From: an uncultured delta proteobacterium
GTDB taxonomy: Bacteria; Myxococcota; B64-G9
Assembly (NCBI GenBank): GCA_963754925.1
Contig: CAVWHX010000004.1
Span: 448,001 to 512,000 of the forward strand
Reading direction: 5' to 3'
DNA: 64,000 nucleotides
The notes below the pieces were generated by a model. That model was not told the origin of the DNA. It did not search any database and saw nothing but the letters and a program-made list of their open reading frames with translations. Positions 11,647 through 21,788 of the stretch are shown one piece after another (positions within the stretch are counted from its first letter, which is position 1; each line of letters begins with the position of its first letter). The position numbers and the translations under genes are program-made.

Positions 11647-13434
11647 TTACAAACCTCCCAGAATATCGGCGTGGCCGGTGGGGGTAAAGAACTCGGGGAA
11701 GTTCTTGGCCATCCATTCCTGCACCACCTGGCGGATGGCGGTGGCGTCGTTCATGGAGAGCACCTTGTTGGTCAGGTCCTTCGCGTCGGCATGACGCGAG
11801 CAGCGAATCAGGTGGTGGGCATACGGCAATGCCGCCGGGTTCATTGAGATCTCGTCGAGCTCCAATCCCAACAACACGTGCAGGTACAGCGGGTCCCCGG
11901 CCATTTCGCCGCATAGACAAACCGGAATCCCCGCGGCGTGAGCGTTGTCCACCGTCATCTTAAGCAACCGCAGGACTGAGATATCCAGCGGGTTATAGAG
12001 ATAGGCGACCTGCTGGTTGTGCCGGTCCACTGCCAGGGTAAACTGGATCAGGTCGTTGGTCCCGATGCTAAAGAAGTCCACCTCACGCGCTAGTTCGTCA
12101 GAGGCGAGCGCGGCCGAGGGAACCTCGATCATGATGCCTAATTTCACCTGCGTGCCATACTCCTGCCCGCGAGCCTTGAGCTGCTGACGGGCTTCGTCAA
12201 TCAACTCTTTGACCGCACGCAGCTCTTGCAAGCACGAGATCATGGGAAAGAGAATTTTCAGTTGGCCGATAACCGCGGCTCGTAACAATGCGCGCAGCTG
12301 GGATAGAAAGATCTGCCGATATCGAAACGAGAGGCGGATCGCGCGCAGCCCCAAGGATGGATTAGCCTCGGATGCAATTTTCAGTGTGGCAGAACGCTTC
12401 TCGCCCCCCAAATCCATGGTGCGAATGGTAACCGGCCGGTCTTTCATCTGACGCAACACGTTTTGATAGCAGCGCTCTTGATACTCCTCACTCGGCGCTC
12501 GTTTTCCCATGAACAAAAACTCGGTCCGAAACAACCCGACACCTTCGGCACCGTACCGCAAGGCTGTTTTGGCATCCCCGACCGCCTCGATATTTGCCGT
12601 CAACCGCATGGGATGATGGTCGCTGGTCGCTGCGGGGAGGAGTTCTTCGGAGGCTAGTTCGGCTGCGCGCTCGCGTAATTTTTGAGCGCGCACCAGGGCT
12701 TCGTGCACCGCCTGTTCGTTGGGATTGACGACCACCTCGCCGCGATATCCGTCAACGATAATGTGATCGCCTGGCGTCACCGCGGCCAAAATTCCTTCAA
12801 CTCCCGCCACCGCGGGGACTTCCATGGCCCGTGCGACAATGGCGGTGTGCGAAGTCTTACCGCCCACCTCGAGCACAAATCCAGCCACCTGTATCTTGCT
12901 CAGGGTGGCGGTATCCACGGGCGAGAGGCTGTGAGCCACCACCACCGCGCGCTTGTGGGTCGGCTGGCGCATCTCGGTTTCATAGCCGAGGAGGTTACGC
13001 AGGATGCGTGCAACGACGAAGTCAACGTCCGCGCGGCGTTCGCGGAAGTACTCGTCTTGAAGATTGTCGAACATGCTCCGCACGGCGGCGGTGTTTCTTT
13101 GCAGCGCCCATTCGGCGTTGATGCGCTCCTCGTCAATCACTTTCTCTGTTCCGCCGATGAGCAGATCATCCTGCAGCATCATCAAATGAGCATCGAGAAT
13201 CGCCCGGGAATCTTTGCTGGCGCGGGCCGGCAGCTTACTGCGAACGTCGGTAAGCTGATCTCGACTACGCAGCACCGCCTGGCGAAAACGGGTCTGTTCC
13301 GCGGGGACATCCTCGCGGCGTAGGCGGCGTTTGGGGATCTGAAAACTGCGCCGATCGGCAAGGTGGACGAGTCCCACGCCAATCCCCGGCGAGGCGTCGA
13401 TACCATGAAAAATTTTGGTCCGTTTGCGCGTCAT
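11647..13434 (-). CDS. ptsI: PTS enzyme I (PEP-protein phosphotransferase)
   Basis: GGKTSHTAI, GLFRTEF, SIGTNDLIQ, CGEMAG. Confidence 0.96.
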   Translation of the reverse strand: MTRKRTKIFHGIDASPGIGVGLVHLADRRSFQIPKRRLRREDVPAEQTRFRQAVLRSRDQLTDVRSKLPARASKDSRAILDAHLMMLQDDLLIGGTEKVIDEERINAEWALQRNTAAVRSMFDNLQDEYFRERRADVDFVVARILRNLLGYETEMRQPTHKRAVVVAHSLSPVDTATLSKIQVAGFVLEVGGKTSHTAIVARAMEVPAVAGVEGILAAVTPGDHIIVDGYRGEVVVNPNEQAVHEALVRAQKLRERAAELASEELLPAATSDHHPMRLTANIEAVGDAKTALRYGAEGVGLFRTEFLFMGKRAPSEEYQERCYQNVLRQMKDRPVTIRTMDLGGEKRSATLKIASEANPSLGLRAIRLSFRYRQIFLSQLRALLRAAVIGQLKILFPMISCLQELRAVKELIDEARQQLKARGQEYGTQVKLGIMIEVPSAALASDELAREVDFFSIGTNDLIQFTLAVDRHNQQVAYLYNPLDISVLRLLKMTVDNAHAAGIPVCLCGEMAGDPLYLHVLLGLELDEISMNPAALPYAHHLIRCSRHADAKDLTNKVLSMNDATAIRQVVQEWMAKNFPEFFTPTGHADILGGL

Positions 13435-13436
13435 CG

Positions 13437-13718
13437 TCAGTAACTCTTGTCTTCGCCAAACCCATCTTCGATGAGCCGACCCAAATCAGTCAAGGCCTGT
13501 TCGCCGTCCGGGCCCATGACGAGCAACTCAATCTTTTGCCCTTGGGAGGCAGCCAGTTGCAGGACGCCCATGATACTCTTCCCGTTGACCGTTATCTTGC
13601 CTTTGCGGATGCGAATTTCGGCGCTGTAGCGATTAGCCAATTGAACAAAAGCCGTAGCCGCACGGGCATGCATCCCCAACCGATTGCGAATCTCGAAAGT
13701 GGCGTACAGCTCTTTCAC
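13437..13718 (-). CDS. ptsH: HPr phosphocarrier
   Basis: GMHARAA (His15) and NGKSIMG (Ser46). Confidence 0.95.
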   Translation of the reverse strand: MKELYATFEIRNRLGMHARAATAFVQLANRYSAEIRIRKGKITVNGKSIMGVLQLAASQGQKIELLVMGPDGEQALTDLGRLIEDGFGEDKSY

Positions 13719-13802
13719 GTTGTTTCTCCAGCCACGACGGTCAATACCCGGGCACGAAGACTCAGCAGCATCCAGACGAGCAGCACCATTGCATGTTCGG
13801 AC

Positions 13803-14693
13803 CTAACCATTGTCGAGATCTCGGTGATTAACCAACAACGTCCCGGTGCCGGCCAACCGGATGCCCAGTTCCTCGGCGATAGCCACCGAGCGATGCCGCC
13901 CACCCGTACATCCAATTCCTACCGTGAGGTAGCTCTTACCCTCCCTATCGTACAACGGTCGGAAGGTTTGCAAATATTCCATGATATACCGCAACAACCG
14001 TTCGGCTTCGGGGTTTTGAACCACATAGCTGCGCACCGCGGCATCCAACCCGGTGAGTTGGCGCAAGTGGGGAATGAAATACGGGTTGGGCAGAAAGCGC
14101 ACATCGAACACGAGATCGGCATGGGACGGGATACCATACTTGAAGCCAAACGAGAGCAGGTTTACGTTCATCTCGCCCCCGGGCTTCACCTGAGTAAAAT
14201 GCTGTTGGATCAGTTCGCGCAACTGGTGCAGATTCATCTCAGAGGTGTCGATCACCCGATCGGCCGCTTTGCGCAAGGTGGCGAGAAGCTGACGCTCTCG
14301 TGCGATGCCCTGCTCGACGGTTTCGTCGGCGGCCATGGGATGGCGCCGGCGGGTCTCGCTGTACCGGCGCAACAACACCGCATCAGAACAATCAAGAAAC
14401 AACAGTTCCACCCGGCTCCCTGCCGCGCGGATACGTTCGACATTTTCCTCGAAACCGTCAAGGAAACGCGCTTCGCGTGCATCGACCACCAGGGCGATCT
14501 GCTCGATCTCGCCCGGTGCACGGGGAAACAGCTCAACCAGTTTGGGCAACAAGACTACCGGAAGATTATCGATGCAGAAGAAACCAATGTCCTCGAGGGC
14601 GTGGATGGCGGTTGATTTCCCCGAACCAGAAAGTCCACTGATGATCGCTACCCGACTGGGTTGCAGCACGCCCTCTTCACCCCATATGCTCAT
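13803..14693 (-). CDS. rapZ: RNase adapter RapZ family P-loop protein
   Basis: GLSGSGKS, SFGFKYG, DVRFLPNP, GCTGGRHRS. Confidence 0.95.
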   Translation of the reverse strand: MSIWGEEGVLQPSRVAIISGLSGSGKSTAIHALEDIGFFCIDNLPVVLLPKLVELFPRAPGEIEQIALVVDAREARFLDGFEENVERIRAAGSRVELLFLDCSDAVLLRRYSETRRRHPMAADETVEQGIARERQLLATLRKAADRVIDTSEMNLHQLRELIQQHFTQVKPGGEMNVNLLSFGFKYGIPSHADLVFDVRFLPNPYFIPHLRQLTGLDAAVRSYVVQNPEAERLLRYIMEYLQTFRPLYDREGKSYLTVGIGCTGGRHRSVAIAEELGIRLAGTGTLLVNHRDLDNG

Positions 14694-15652
14694 TCCACTT
14701 CCTCTCGCAGCAGCTTCTGGCGGTTAACATCCGAGATTTCGTGGTTGACTTTCTCCTCAAACTCACGCGCCGAATGGTGACCCTGACGCTTCAACAGTAA
14801 GTTGCGCGCCGCGACTTCAACCACGGTGGTCGTGTTGCGGCCCGGCCGCACCGGAATCACCAAATACGGAATCTCCACCCCGAGGATATCGTACGTGCGG
14901 TCCTCAACCCCTAATCGATCGTAGTCCTCCAATTCTTCCAAATCGACCAACTCGATCACCAACTCAACCTTTTTACGCTCGCGCACCGCCGAAACCCCGT
15001 AAAGGTCCTTGATATTGATGATTCCCAAACCCCGGATCTCCATATGGTGACGCAACAAGGCAGTGCAGCTTCCATAGATCGTACCGGGCGGCCGGAGTTT
15101 GAGCTCAACGACATCGTCAGCCACCAAGCGGTTGCCCCGTAAGACGAGATCGAGGGCGCACTCGCTCTTGCCGATGCCGCTTTTGCCGAGCATCAACACG
15201 CCCACCCCCATGACATCCACCAGCACCCCATGCAGGCTGCAGGACTCACCGAGGTGCTCCAATAAGAATTCACTCAGCCGCTCGCCGAGGGTCGTGGTAA
15301 GGTGCGAGCTGACTAACAAGGCGACCGACCGCTGCTCGGCTTCGTCGAGCAGTTTTGGCGGCACCGGAAAGCTCGCGGCAATAATCACACAGGCCGGTTG
15401 CGCTTGTAAAAGCAACTGAAACAGCTCGCGCGTGTGGTTCGCGCTTTGAGTGGAAAGATAGGTCATTTCATTGTCACCCAAGAGCTGAATACGACCGGGT
15501 TCCAGGAACGCCACCGCACCCGTCAGCGACAAACCCGGGCGTTGAATTTGCGTGTCGTAGATCTCACGCTGCAACCCAGCCCGTCCGGCCAGAAGCTGCA
15601 ACCGCAGATCAAATTCTTCGTCCTGAAGCAGCTTACTGACGGGAATACTCAT
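14690..15652 (-). CDS. hprK: HPr(Ser) kinase/phosphorylase
   Basis: LHGVLVD, GKSGIGKSE, LVADD, EIRGLGII, PVRPGRN. Start MSIPV at 15652. Confidence 0.95.
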   Translation of the reverse strand: MSIPVSKLLQDEEFDLRLQLLAGRAGLQREIYDTQIQRPGLSLTGAVAFLEPGRIQLLGDNEMTYLSTQSANHTRELFQLLLQAQPACVIIAASFPVPPKLLDEAEQRSVALLVSSHLTTTLGERLSEFLLEHLGESCSLHGVLVDVMGVGVLMLGKSGIGKSECALDLVLRGNRLVADDVVELKLRPPGTIYGSCTALLRHHMEIRGLGIINIKDLYGVSAVRERKKVELVIELVDLEELEDYDRLGVEDRTYDILGVEIPYLVIPVRPGRNTTTVVEVAARNLLLKRQGHHSAREFEEKVNHEISDVNRQKLLREEVE

Positions 15653-15659
15653 ACGCCCC

Positions 15660-16133
15660 TCAAAATTTACTGTCCTGTTCGAGTATCGTTGAGAATACCT
15701 GATCGCTATCTTTAGCATAAAGCAATCGCCGGCGAAAATCATCGTCCTGGAACACCCGGTTGAGACGAGCCAAGGCTTTGAGGTGGGCGCTTTCAGCCGA
15801 CTCCGGAATGAGCAGCACAAAGAAGAAATGGGTCGGTTTGCCGTCAAACGCATCGAAATCCACCCCCGGCCGGCAGCGCCCAAAACAAGCAATCAAGCGC
15901 GTGAGGCCAGGAATCCGCCCATGGGGGAATGCAACACCGTGTTCGATACCGGTCGAACGCAGTTCTTCGCGCTTAAGCAGTACCTGCAGCAAGACCTCGT
16001 GATCGAACTCAGGATGGTTGGTGACGAGTAGGTCGACCAGCGTCGCCAGCACTTCCTGCTTGCTCCCGACCGGCACAGCGCAGGTCACATCGCGTTTTTC
16101 GAGGAATGAAGCGATTCTCACGTGCTTGTCCAC
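15660..16133 (-). CDS. ptsN: PTS EIIA (Ntr/fructose-type)
   Basis: REELRSTGIEHGVAFPHGR and FDAFDGKP motifs. Confidence 0.92.
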   Translation of the reverse strand: MDKHVRIASFLEKRDVTCAVPVGSKQEVLATLVDLLVTNHPEFDHEVLLQVLLKREELRSTGIEHGVAFPHGRIPGLTRLIACFGRCRPGVDFDAFDGKPTHFFFVLLIPESAESAHLKALARLNRVFQDDDFRRRLLYAKDSDQVFSTILEQDSKF

Positions 16134-16153
16134 TCCCTCACCTGTAAAGCTTT

Positions 16154-16705
16154 TTAGTCTTGAGGCTTCTTGGCCTCGATAAGCCCTATGTTGCCATCGC
16201 GTCGACGGTAGATCACGTTGACATCTTTGGTCACAGAATTGGTGAACACCAAGAAGTCGCTGTTCATCAAATCCATCTGCATAACCGCCTCTTCAACCGA
16301 CATTGGTTTGGCTTGATACTCCTCGCTATCGATGATACGCGGCCCTTGATCCTCTTCGAGCGATTCCTTCTCCAGCACCTCGTGGCGTACCCGAATTTCC
16401 TCACCCAACGAGACCGGCTCGTAGTCGCGGATCTTATCTTTGTATTTACGTGCCTGCCGCTCTATCTTATCGACCGCCAGGTCAATACTGCTGTACATAT
16501 CCTCGCTATTCTCAACGCCACGCATGACAATACCACGCGAAATTACCTTGATGTCGGCGTTGTTACGGTATTTATGCTTGGCCAGGACTACGTGAGCGTC
16601 GGCCGGCAAGTTAACATACTTGCTGAGGCGCTCGATCTTCTCGGTGGCGTAATCCCGCAATGCATCGCTAGGTTCAATGTTGCGAAACGTAACAGAAATC
16701 TGCAT
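16154..16705 (-). CDS. hpf: Long ribosome hibernation promoting factor
   Basis: MQISVTFRN...DMYSSID and C-terminal KPMSVEEAVMQM...YRRRDG. Located downstream of rpoN. Confidence 0.93.
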   Translation of the reverse strand: MQISVTFRNIEPSDALRDYATEKIERLSKYVNLPADAHVVLAKHKYRNNADIKVISRGIVMRGVENSEDMYSSIDLAVDKIERQARKYKDKIRDYEPVSLGEEIRVRHEVLEKESLEEDQGPRIIDSEEYQAKPMSVEEAVMQMDLMNSDFLVFTNSVTKDVNVIYRRRDGNIGLIEAKKPQD

Positions 16706-16901
16706 GGCTCCTCCTGGGCGAGAGGGGCAAGCCCTCACCCACCATAGGTTGATTCAACGGCATCGCTTAGGGTTTCTTCTTAGCAGCACGCCTGTCCCCG
16801 TCTGGCTGCGTTGAAGACTCCGCTGGAACACTCTTAACCATTACCAGTTGCTTTGCTTTTTCTGGGTCCATGATCAACACTTTCATCTGAACTATTTTGA
16901 T

Positions 16902-18407
16902 TCAAACATATTTCTTTCGTTTGTTCGAGGGAAGGATCCCTAGCATTTCTCTGTACTTAGCAACCGTTCTGCGCGCGATATCGATGTTTTGCTCCCGCAA
17001 CATATCGACAATCTGACGATCTGAAAGGGGCTTTACCGAGGACTCGCTGGTCACGATTTGGCGAATCTTCTCTTTGACGGCTTCCGATGCCACATCCTCC
17101 CCTACCATGCGACTGATGCTCGAGTTAAAGAAAAATTTCAACTCGTATATCCCCTGCGGGGTATGAACATATTTGTTGGTGGTCACGCGCGATACCGTTG
17201 ATTCGTGCAGCCCCAAGTCGTTGGCAACATCCCGCAATACCAACGGCTTGAGGTACGCAATACCCTTATCGAAGAATTCACGCTGGAACTTGACGATGCT
17301 CTCGGTCACTCGGTAGATAGTGCGTTGGCGTTGATGAATGCTGCGGATGAGCCACACGGCCGAACGGAGCTTATCCTGAATGTACGATCGTGTCTCGCCC
17401 CCGCGCGAAGCTTCTTGGAAGGCGCGCCGATAGTAATTGCTGATCTTGAGCTTGGGCAATCCGTCCTCGTTGAGCACGATGACGTATTCATCACCCATCC
17501 GATAGACATAGATGTCCGGGGTAATATACTGAGGCTCTTCAGCCGTATACAACCGGCCTGGTTTCGGCTCGAACCCAGAAATAATCTTGACTGCTTCCAG
17601 AACCTCTTCCAGCGAAACCCGCAAGGCGCGAGCGATGGCCTGGTAGTTCTTGCGCTCGACTTGTGGTAGGTGCGCCTCAATAATCGCGTACACCAACCCG
17701 TTTTCGATCTCAAGATACTGCGCCTGGGTGAGTAGTGACTCGCGGAGATCCCGGGCGGCCACCCCTACCGGATCAAAGGTTTGTATGACCTTGAGCACGC
17801 GCTCAACATCTTCCGCGCTCACCTGCATGTCAGCGGCAATGCTTTCCACCGCACTGAGCCCGGCTACGCGATCCTCATCATCGGGAACAAGGTAACCCTC
17901 GTCGTTGAGGTTCAAGATGATCTCGACCCCGATGTTTTGATCGCGCTGATCCAGGCTCGAGAGCCTCAGTTGCCACACCAGATGATCGGCGAGCGAGGTT
18001 TTCTTGGTCAGAACATTTTCGAACGAGGGCAGATCATCCGAAGATGGTCGGGCACGGCCGGCGCCCGTCGACTGAAAGAAGTTATAGTTTTCAAGATATC
18101 GGTCCCAATCGATCTCGTTGAATCCCTCGCTGCCCTTGACCTCCTCTACGCGGTCGCTGCGATCGATCCGCTCGGCGATACGTTCGTCGGTCAATTCTTC
18201 CTGTTCCTGGATGGAAGCTGGCTTTTGTTCGCCATCGTCCTCTTCCAGGTGTTCCTCAAGGACGGGATTTTCCAACATCTCATCATGGACGAGCTCGCTC
18301 AATTCAAGGCGCGACAGCTGAAGCAGCTTGATAGCCTGTTGCAGCTGCGGTGTCATCACCAGCTGCAAGGTTTGCTTCAATGAGAGGGATTGCTTAAGTT
18401 CCGTCAT
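16902..18407 (-). CDS. rpoN: RNA polymerase sigma-54
   Basis: MTPQLQQAIKLLQL, HESTVSR and RpoN box ARRTVAKYRE. Confidence 0.98.
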   Translation of the reverse strand: MTELKQSLSLKQTLQLVMTPQLQQAIKLLQLSRLELSELVHDEMLENPVLEEHLEEDDGEQKPASIQEQEELTDERIAERIDRSDRVEEVKGSEGFNEIDWDRYLENYNFFQSTGAGRARPSSDDLPSFENVLTKKTSLADHLVWQLRLSSLDQRDQNIGVEIILNLNDEGYLVPDDEDRVAGLSAVESIAADMQVSAEDVERVLKVIQTFDPVGVAARDLRESLLTQAQYLEIENGLVYAIIEAHLPQVERKNYQAIARALRVSLEEVLEAVKIISGFEPKPGRLYTAEEPQYITPDIYVYRMGDEYVIVLNEDGLPKLKISNYYRRAFQEASRGGETRSYIQDKLRSAVWLIRSIHQRQRTIYRVTESIVKFQREFFDKGIAYLKPLVLRDVANDLGLHESTVSRVTTNKYVHTPQGIYELKFFFNSSISRMVGEDVASEAVKEKIRQIVTSESSVKPLSDRQIVDMLREQNIDIARRTVAKYREMLGILPSNKRKKYV

Positions 18408-19156
18408 GGCGTGATAGCCCCATTCAAGCTGAACCGTTCGCCGAGGTACAGGCTACGTGCTTTCTCACTCATGGCAATTGAAGCGGGAGAACCTTCCTCG
18501 ATAATCGTTCCATCTTTTACAATATACGCTCTGTGGCAAATTGACAAGGTCTCCCTAACATTGTGATCGGTGATTAGCACCCCAATCCCAGCCTCCGATA
18601 ACTTCCTGATCTGCCTCTGAATCTCATCAACCGTCAAGGGATCGATACCCGAGAACGGCTCGTCCAGCAAGAGAAAACGTGGGCTTTGGATCATGGCGCG
18701 GGCGATTTCCAAACGGCGGCGCTCGCCCCCCGACAGCGTCGCGGCCTGCGCGGTCACCACCTTTCCAAGATCGTACTCGGCAATCGCTCGATCGGCCCGC
18801 TCCCTGGCGGGCACGCCTTTTACTCCAGCCGCCTCCAAATAAAGCAGTAAATTGTCAAGTACCGACAACTTGCGAAACACCGAAGGTTCTTGAGAAAGGT
18901 AGCCGAGCCCAGCCCGTGCGCGCCGGTACATCGGCCAGTTGGAGAGTTCCTTTCCACACAACCATATCTGACCAGCCTCTGGCCGAAGCAGACCGACCAC
19001 CATGTGAAAGCTGGTAGTCTTACCGGCGCCATTGGGACCCAACAAACCAACTACTTCACCGCCGTTGACCGAAAATGACACCCCGTTAACCACACAGCGC
19101 CTCTTGAAGGACTTCTTCAATCCCACCGCGCTGAGCTGATTACTGTCTGCACTCAA
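18404..19156 (-). CDS. lptB: LPS export ABC ATPase
   Basis: GPNGAGKTT, LSGGERRRLEIAR, LDEPF, ITDHNVRETL, YLGE. Confidence 0.96.
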   Translation of the reverse strand: MSADSNQLSAVGLKKSFKRRCVVNGVSFSVNGGEVVGLLGPNGAGKTTSFHMVVGLLRPEAGQIWLCGKELSNWPMYRRARAGLGYLSQEPSVFRKLSVLDNLLLYLEAAGVKGVPARERADRAIAEYDLGKVVTAQAATLSGGERRRLEIARAMIQSPRFLLLDEPFSGIDPLTVDEIQRQIRKLSEAGIGVLITDHNVRETLSICHRAYIVKDGTIIEEGSPASIAMSEKARSLYLGERFSLNGAITP

Positions 19157-19698
19157 CGGGTTTTCCCTTTCTTTTTCAATTCTTCCGCTTGCATTTGAAT
19201 TACCGCGCGGGGTTTAACCACCTTCACCTCGTCGGAATCCACCAGATACTCGATGCGCTCGCCCCTGATGCGATTGTCGCCCTCGGTCACCCAGGGATCC
19301 CCGATGCATATCAGACGCCCCACCGGACGTTCGTAGGTCGCTTCTTGACAAAAACCCTTTCGGTTTTTCTGTTCAATATTAACCCCACCTGAAAATTCCA
19401 TTCGGGCAATCTCGCCTTCTTTAAGATCGGGGTCCTTGGCGCTCGCGTAGGTGATCACCAATTTTTCGCAGCGAATGAGTAAATTTTTTTGATTAGTCAC
19501 GACACGTCCTAAAAATTCTGCTTGCCGTTCTTTTTGATGGACGATCAACCTGTCCGAATGGATGTTAACCGGTTCAGGTACCTCCTCCGGTTGCTTCTGC
19601 TCTGGCACGGAAGCCCGATCGGGCGACAGATCTTTAGCGTACACCAGCGCTGAACAACAGATTGCCACTCCTATGAAGACTTCTTTTGTGCTTGGCAT
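19153..19698 (-). CDS. lptA: LptA/OstA family periplasmic LPS transport protein
   Basis: Signal peptide, PVNIHSDRL...IRGERIEY beta-jellyroll pattern, position before lptB. Confidence 0.85.
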   Translation of the reverse strand: MPSTKEVFIGVAICCSALVYAKDLSPDRASVPEQKQPEEVPEPVNIHSDRLIVHQKERQAEFLGRVVTNQKNLLIRCEKLVITYASAKDPDLKEGEIARMEFSGGVNIEQKNRKGFCQEATYERPVGRLICIGDPWVTEGDNRIRGERIEYLVDSDEVKVVKPRAVIQMQAEELKKKGKTR

Positions 19699-19958
19699 CA
19701 GCGTTTTTTTCCGACCCAAAGTTTTGGTTCAATCGTGGCGGTAACGTTGCCACGCGCCAGTATCTCCTGAGTCTCTTCACGTAACTCCACGACGGCGGCT
19801 TTAATTTCAAACCGAAGCTTATCACCCTTGTATTGCCACACGGTAGCGTTCTCAAATTGCAACTGCATCGGCTGGCTCGCCGTCTGCTTGCTCCTATCGC
19901 CCAGACCGCAACCAGCAACCCCGACGAGCGCTATCCACGGCAACAACCACTTCGTCAT
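19698..19958 (-). CDS. Short LptC-like lipoprotein (86 aa)
   Basis: Occupies the lptC slot, has lipobox VAGC, and its stop overlaps the lptA start (TGATG). Confidence 0.55.
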   Translation of the reverse strand: MTKWLLPWIALVGVAGCGLGDRSKQTASQPMQLQFENATVWQYKGDKLRFEIKAAVVELREETQEILARGNVTATIEPKLWVGKKR

Positions 19959-20036
19959 CTCGCCACCTCAGCTATCTATCTTACCACTAATGAAAACAAA
20001 GCCAAAAAACCATTGATTCCCGAGTTCCCATCAAAC

Positions 20037-20942
20037 CTAGGCTCGACCTTCACGAGGCGGGCGGGTTTTCCAGCGGCGGTGCATCCACACCCACTCGGCC
20101 GGGTGAGCGCGAATATGGGCTTCTATCCGAGCTGTCATGGCCGCGGTATCGCATACTACCGCCCGGCCGAACTCGTCGTCGTCAACCGGGATAAGCTCCT
20201 GTCCAACTATCCGCAAACCGCCTTCCGGTTCTCGATAATTGAATCCGGTAAAGACGGCCGCACCGGTCTTATGCGCAAGTACGGCTGCCGCAGTGGGGGT
20301 ATGGGCCGGGCAATCGAAAAACGGCACGAAGACGCCCTGAACCGCGGTATCCTGGTCAAGCAACAGGCCCAAAACACTGTTTTCCTTCATGACCGCCACC
20401 ATCTTCGCAAAGGCATCCGGATCGCCGCGCCAGATCGTTTTCACGTTGCCTTGATCGCGGAATCTCTGAATGAGAACGGTGAACCGGTCATCGTAGCTCC
20501 GCTTTCCGATAGCGTATATCGGAAAACCTTCAGCCGCCAGCGCCCGAGCCATGAGCTCCCAATTGCCAATATGCCCGGTTACGAAGATTACCCCTCGGCC
20601 GCGAGCCAGTAGATTCAAGATCGCGGTACGAGAGGTCGGATCAAGTCTGACGTAATCACGAATAGCGCCGATCTTATTGATGTTTACCACTTCTGCCGCC
20701 GCGCGTCCAAGATGCTCGAAAACCGCGAGGGCAAGCTGTTCACGTTCGCGTACGTTCTTATCCGGGAAGGCTAATGCAACGTGGGCCAGGGTATCACGCC
20801 GGGCGCTCGTGGCGAAGCGGTACGCCAAACGGCCCATGAAAGCGCCGAACCTGAGCGAGCCCTCCCAGGTAAGAAAACGAACCAAACCCATCAACGTCCG
20901 CACCGACCAATAAATAAAGAAGTTTTTGAGCCTTTTGAGCAT
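20037..20942 (-). CDS. Lipid A late acyltransferase (LpxL/HtrB family)
   Basis: GHIGNWE, LLDQD, AHPAEWVWMHRRWK. Start MLKRLKN at 20942. Confidence 0.92.
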   Translation of the reverse strand: MLKRLKNFFIYWSVRTLMGLVRFLTWEGSLRFGAFMGRLAYRFATSARRDTLAHVALAFPDKNVREREQLALAVFEHLGRAAAEVVNINKIGAIRDYVRLDPTSRTAILNLLARGRGVIFVTGHIGNWELMARALAAEGFPIYAIGKRSYDDRFTVLIQRFRDQGNVKTIWRGDPDAFAKMVAVMKENSVLGLLLDQDTAVQGVFVPFFDCPAHTPTAAAVLAHKTGAAVFTGFNYREPEGGLRIVGQELIPVDDDEFGRAVVCDTAAMTARIEAHIRAHPAEWVWMHRRWKTRPPREGRA

Positions 20943-20970
20943 GGCCTTCGAAGTGTTGATGGGCCGGCCG

Positions 20971-21788
20971 TTAACACGGAACAGACCGTCGAATATCGAG
21001 AATCTGATCGAGGAGCGCGGTAATGCCATCCGGTGAGATAGAATTTGGCCCATCCGAAGGAGCGCGATCGGGATCGGGGTGGACCTCAAGATACAGCCCA
21101 TCCACACCGACGGCTGTTGCCGCCCGACATAACGGCGCGACCATTTCACGCAACCCGCCGCTCGCACCTCCGGCTGCCCCCGGGCGCTGCGCGCTGTGGG
21201 TTCCATCAAAGAGTACCGGATACCCGAGTTCACGCATCCACACCAATGAACGCATATCCACCACCAAATCGCCATAGCCAAAGGTTGTGCCGCGTTCGGT
21301 TAATATCGGCTGCCCCCCGCCCGCAAGCACTTTCTCGGCGGCGTAGCGCATGTCGGACGGGTTAAGAAACTGTCCTTTTTTAATATTGACCGGCTTACCG
21401 GTTCGGCCGGCGGCCAGCAGAAGGTCGGTCTGCCGACACAAGAATGCCGGGATTTGTAAAATGTCAGCGACCGCGGCGGCTGCGGCCGCTTGATCGGGTT
21501 CGTGAATGTCAACCAGCACCGGGATCCGTAGATCGGTCCTGATCCGGCGCATAATCGCCAAACCCTGGACGATCCCCGGACCTCGATAGGAGTTGAGCGC
21601 CGTCCGGTTTGCTTTGTCAAAGGAAGCCTTAACACAAACGGCGTCCCCCGCGCGGCGGTAATATCTTTGAGAACTCCCGCCAACCTCAGGGCGCTGCCCT
21701 CATCTTCAAGAGCGCAGAGCCCGGCAACAACAGCCAGCGGCTGGCCTGCCCCCAACACAAAACTACCGAGATCGATAGTCCGGCTCAT
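20971..21788 (-). CDS. kdsA: KDO-8-phosphate synthase (one base missing at ~21631)
   Basis: Restoring one T gives [11 protein letters not shown]. Downstream motifs [28 protein letters not shown] are present. Confidence 0.93.

Noticed and set aside
13536..14615. Long plus-strand ORF (359 aa) and similar shadow ORFs (24281..25411, 30460..31311, 51670..52770, 19833..20612)
   Set aside because: They overlap well-supported genes in antisense or alternate frames and have no motifs, as expected in GC-rich DNA.
16740..16900. Small ORF or ncRNA between rpoN and hpf
   Set aside because: Only short ORFs without a clear RBS and no convincing structure.
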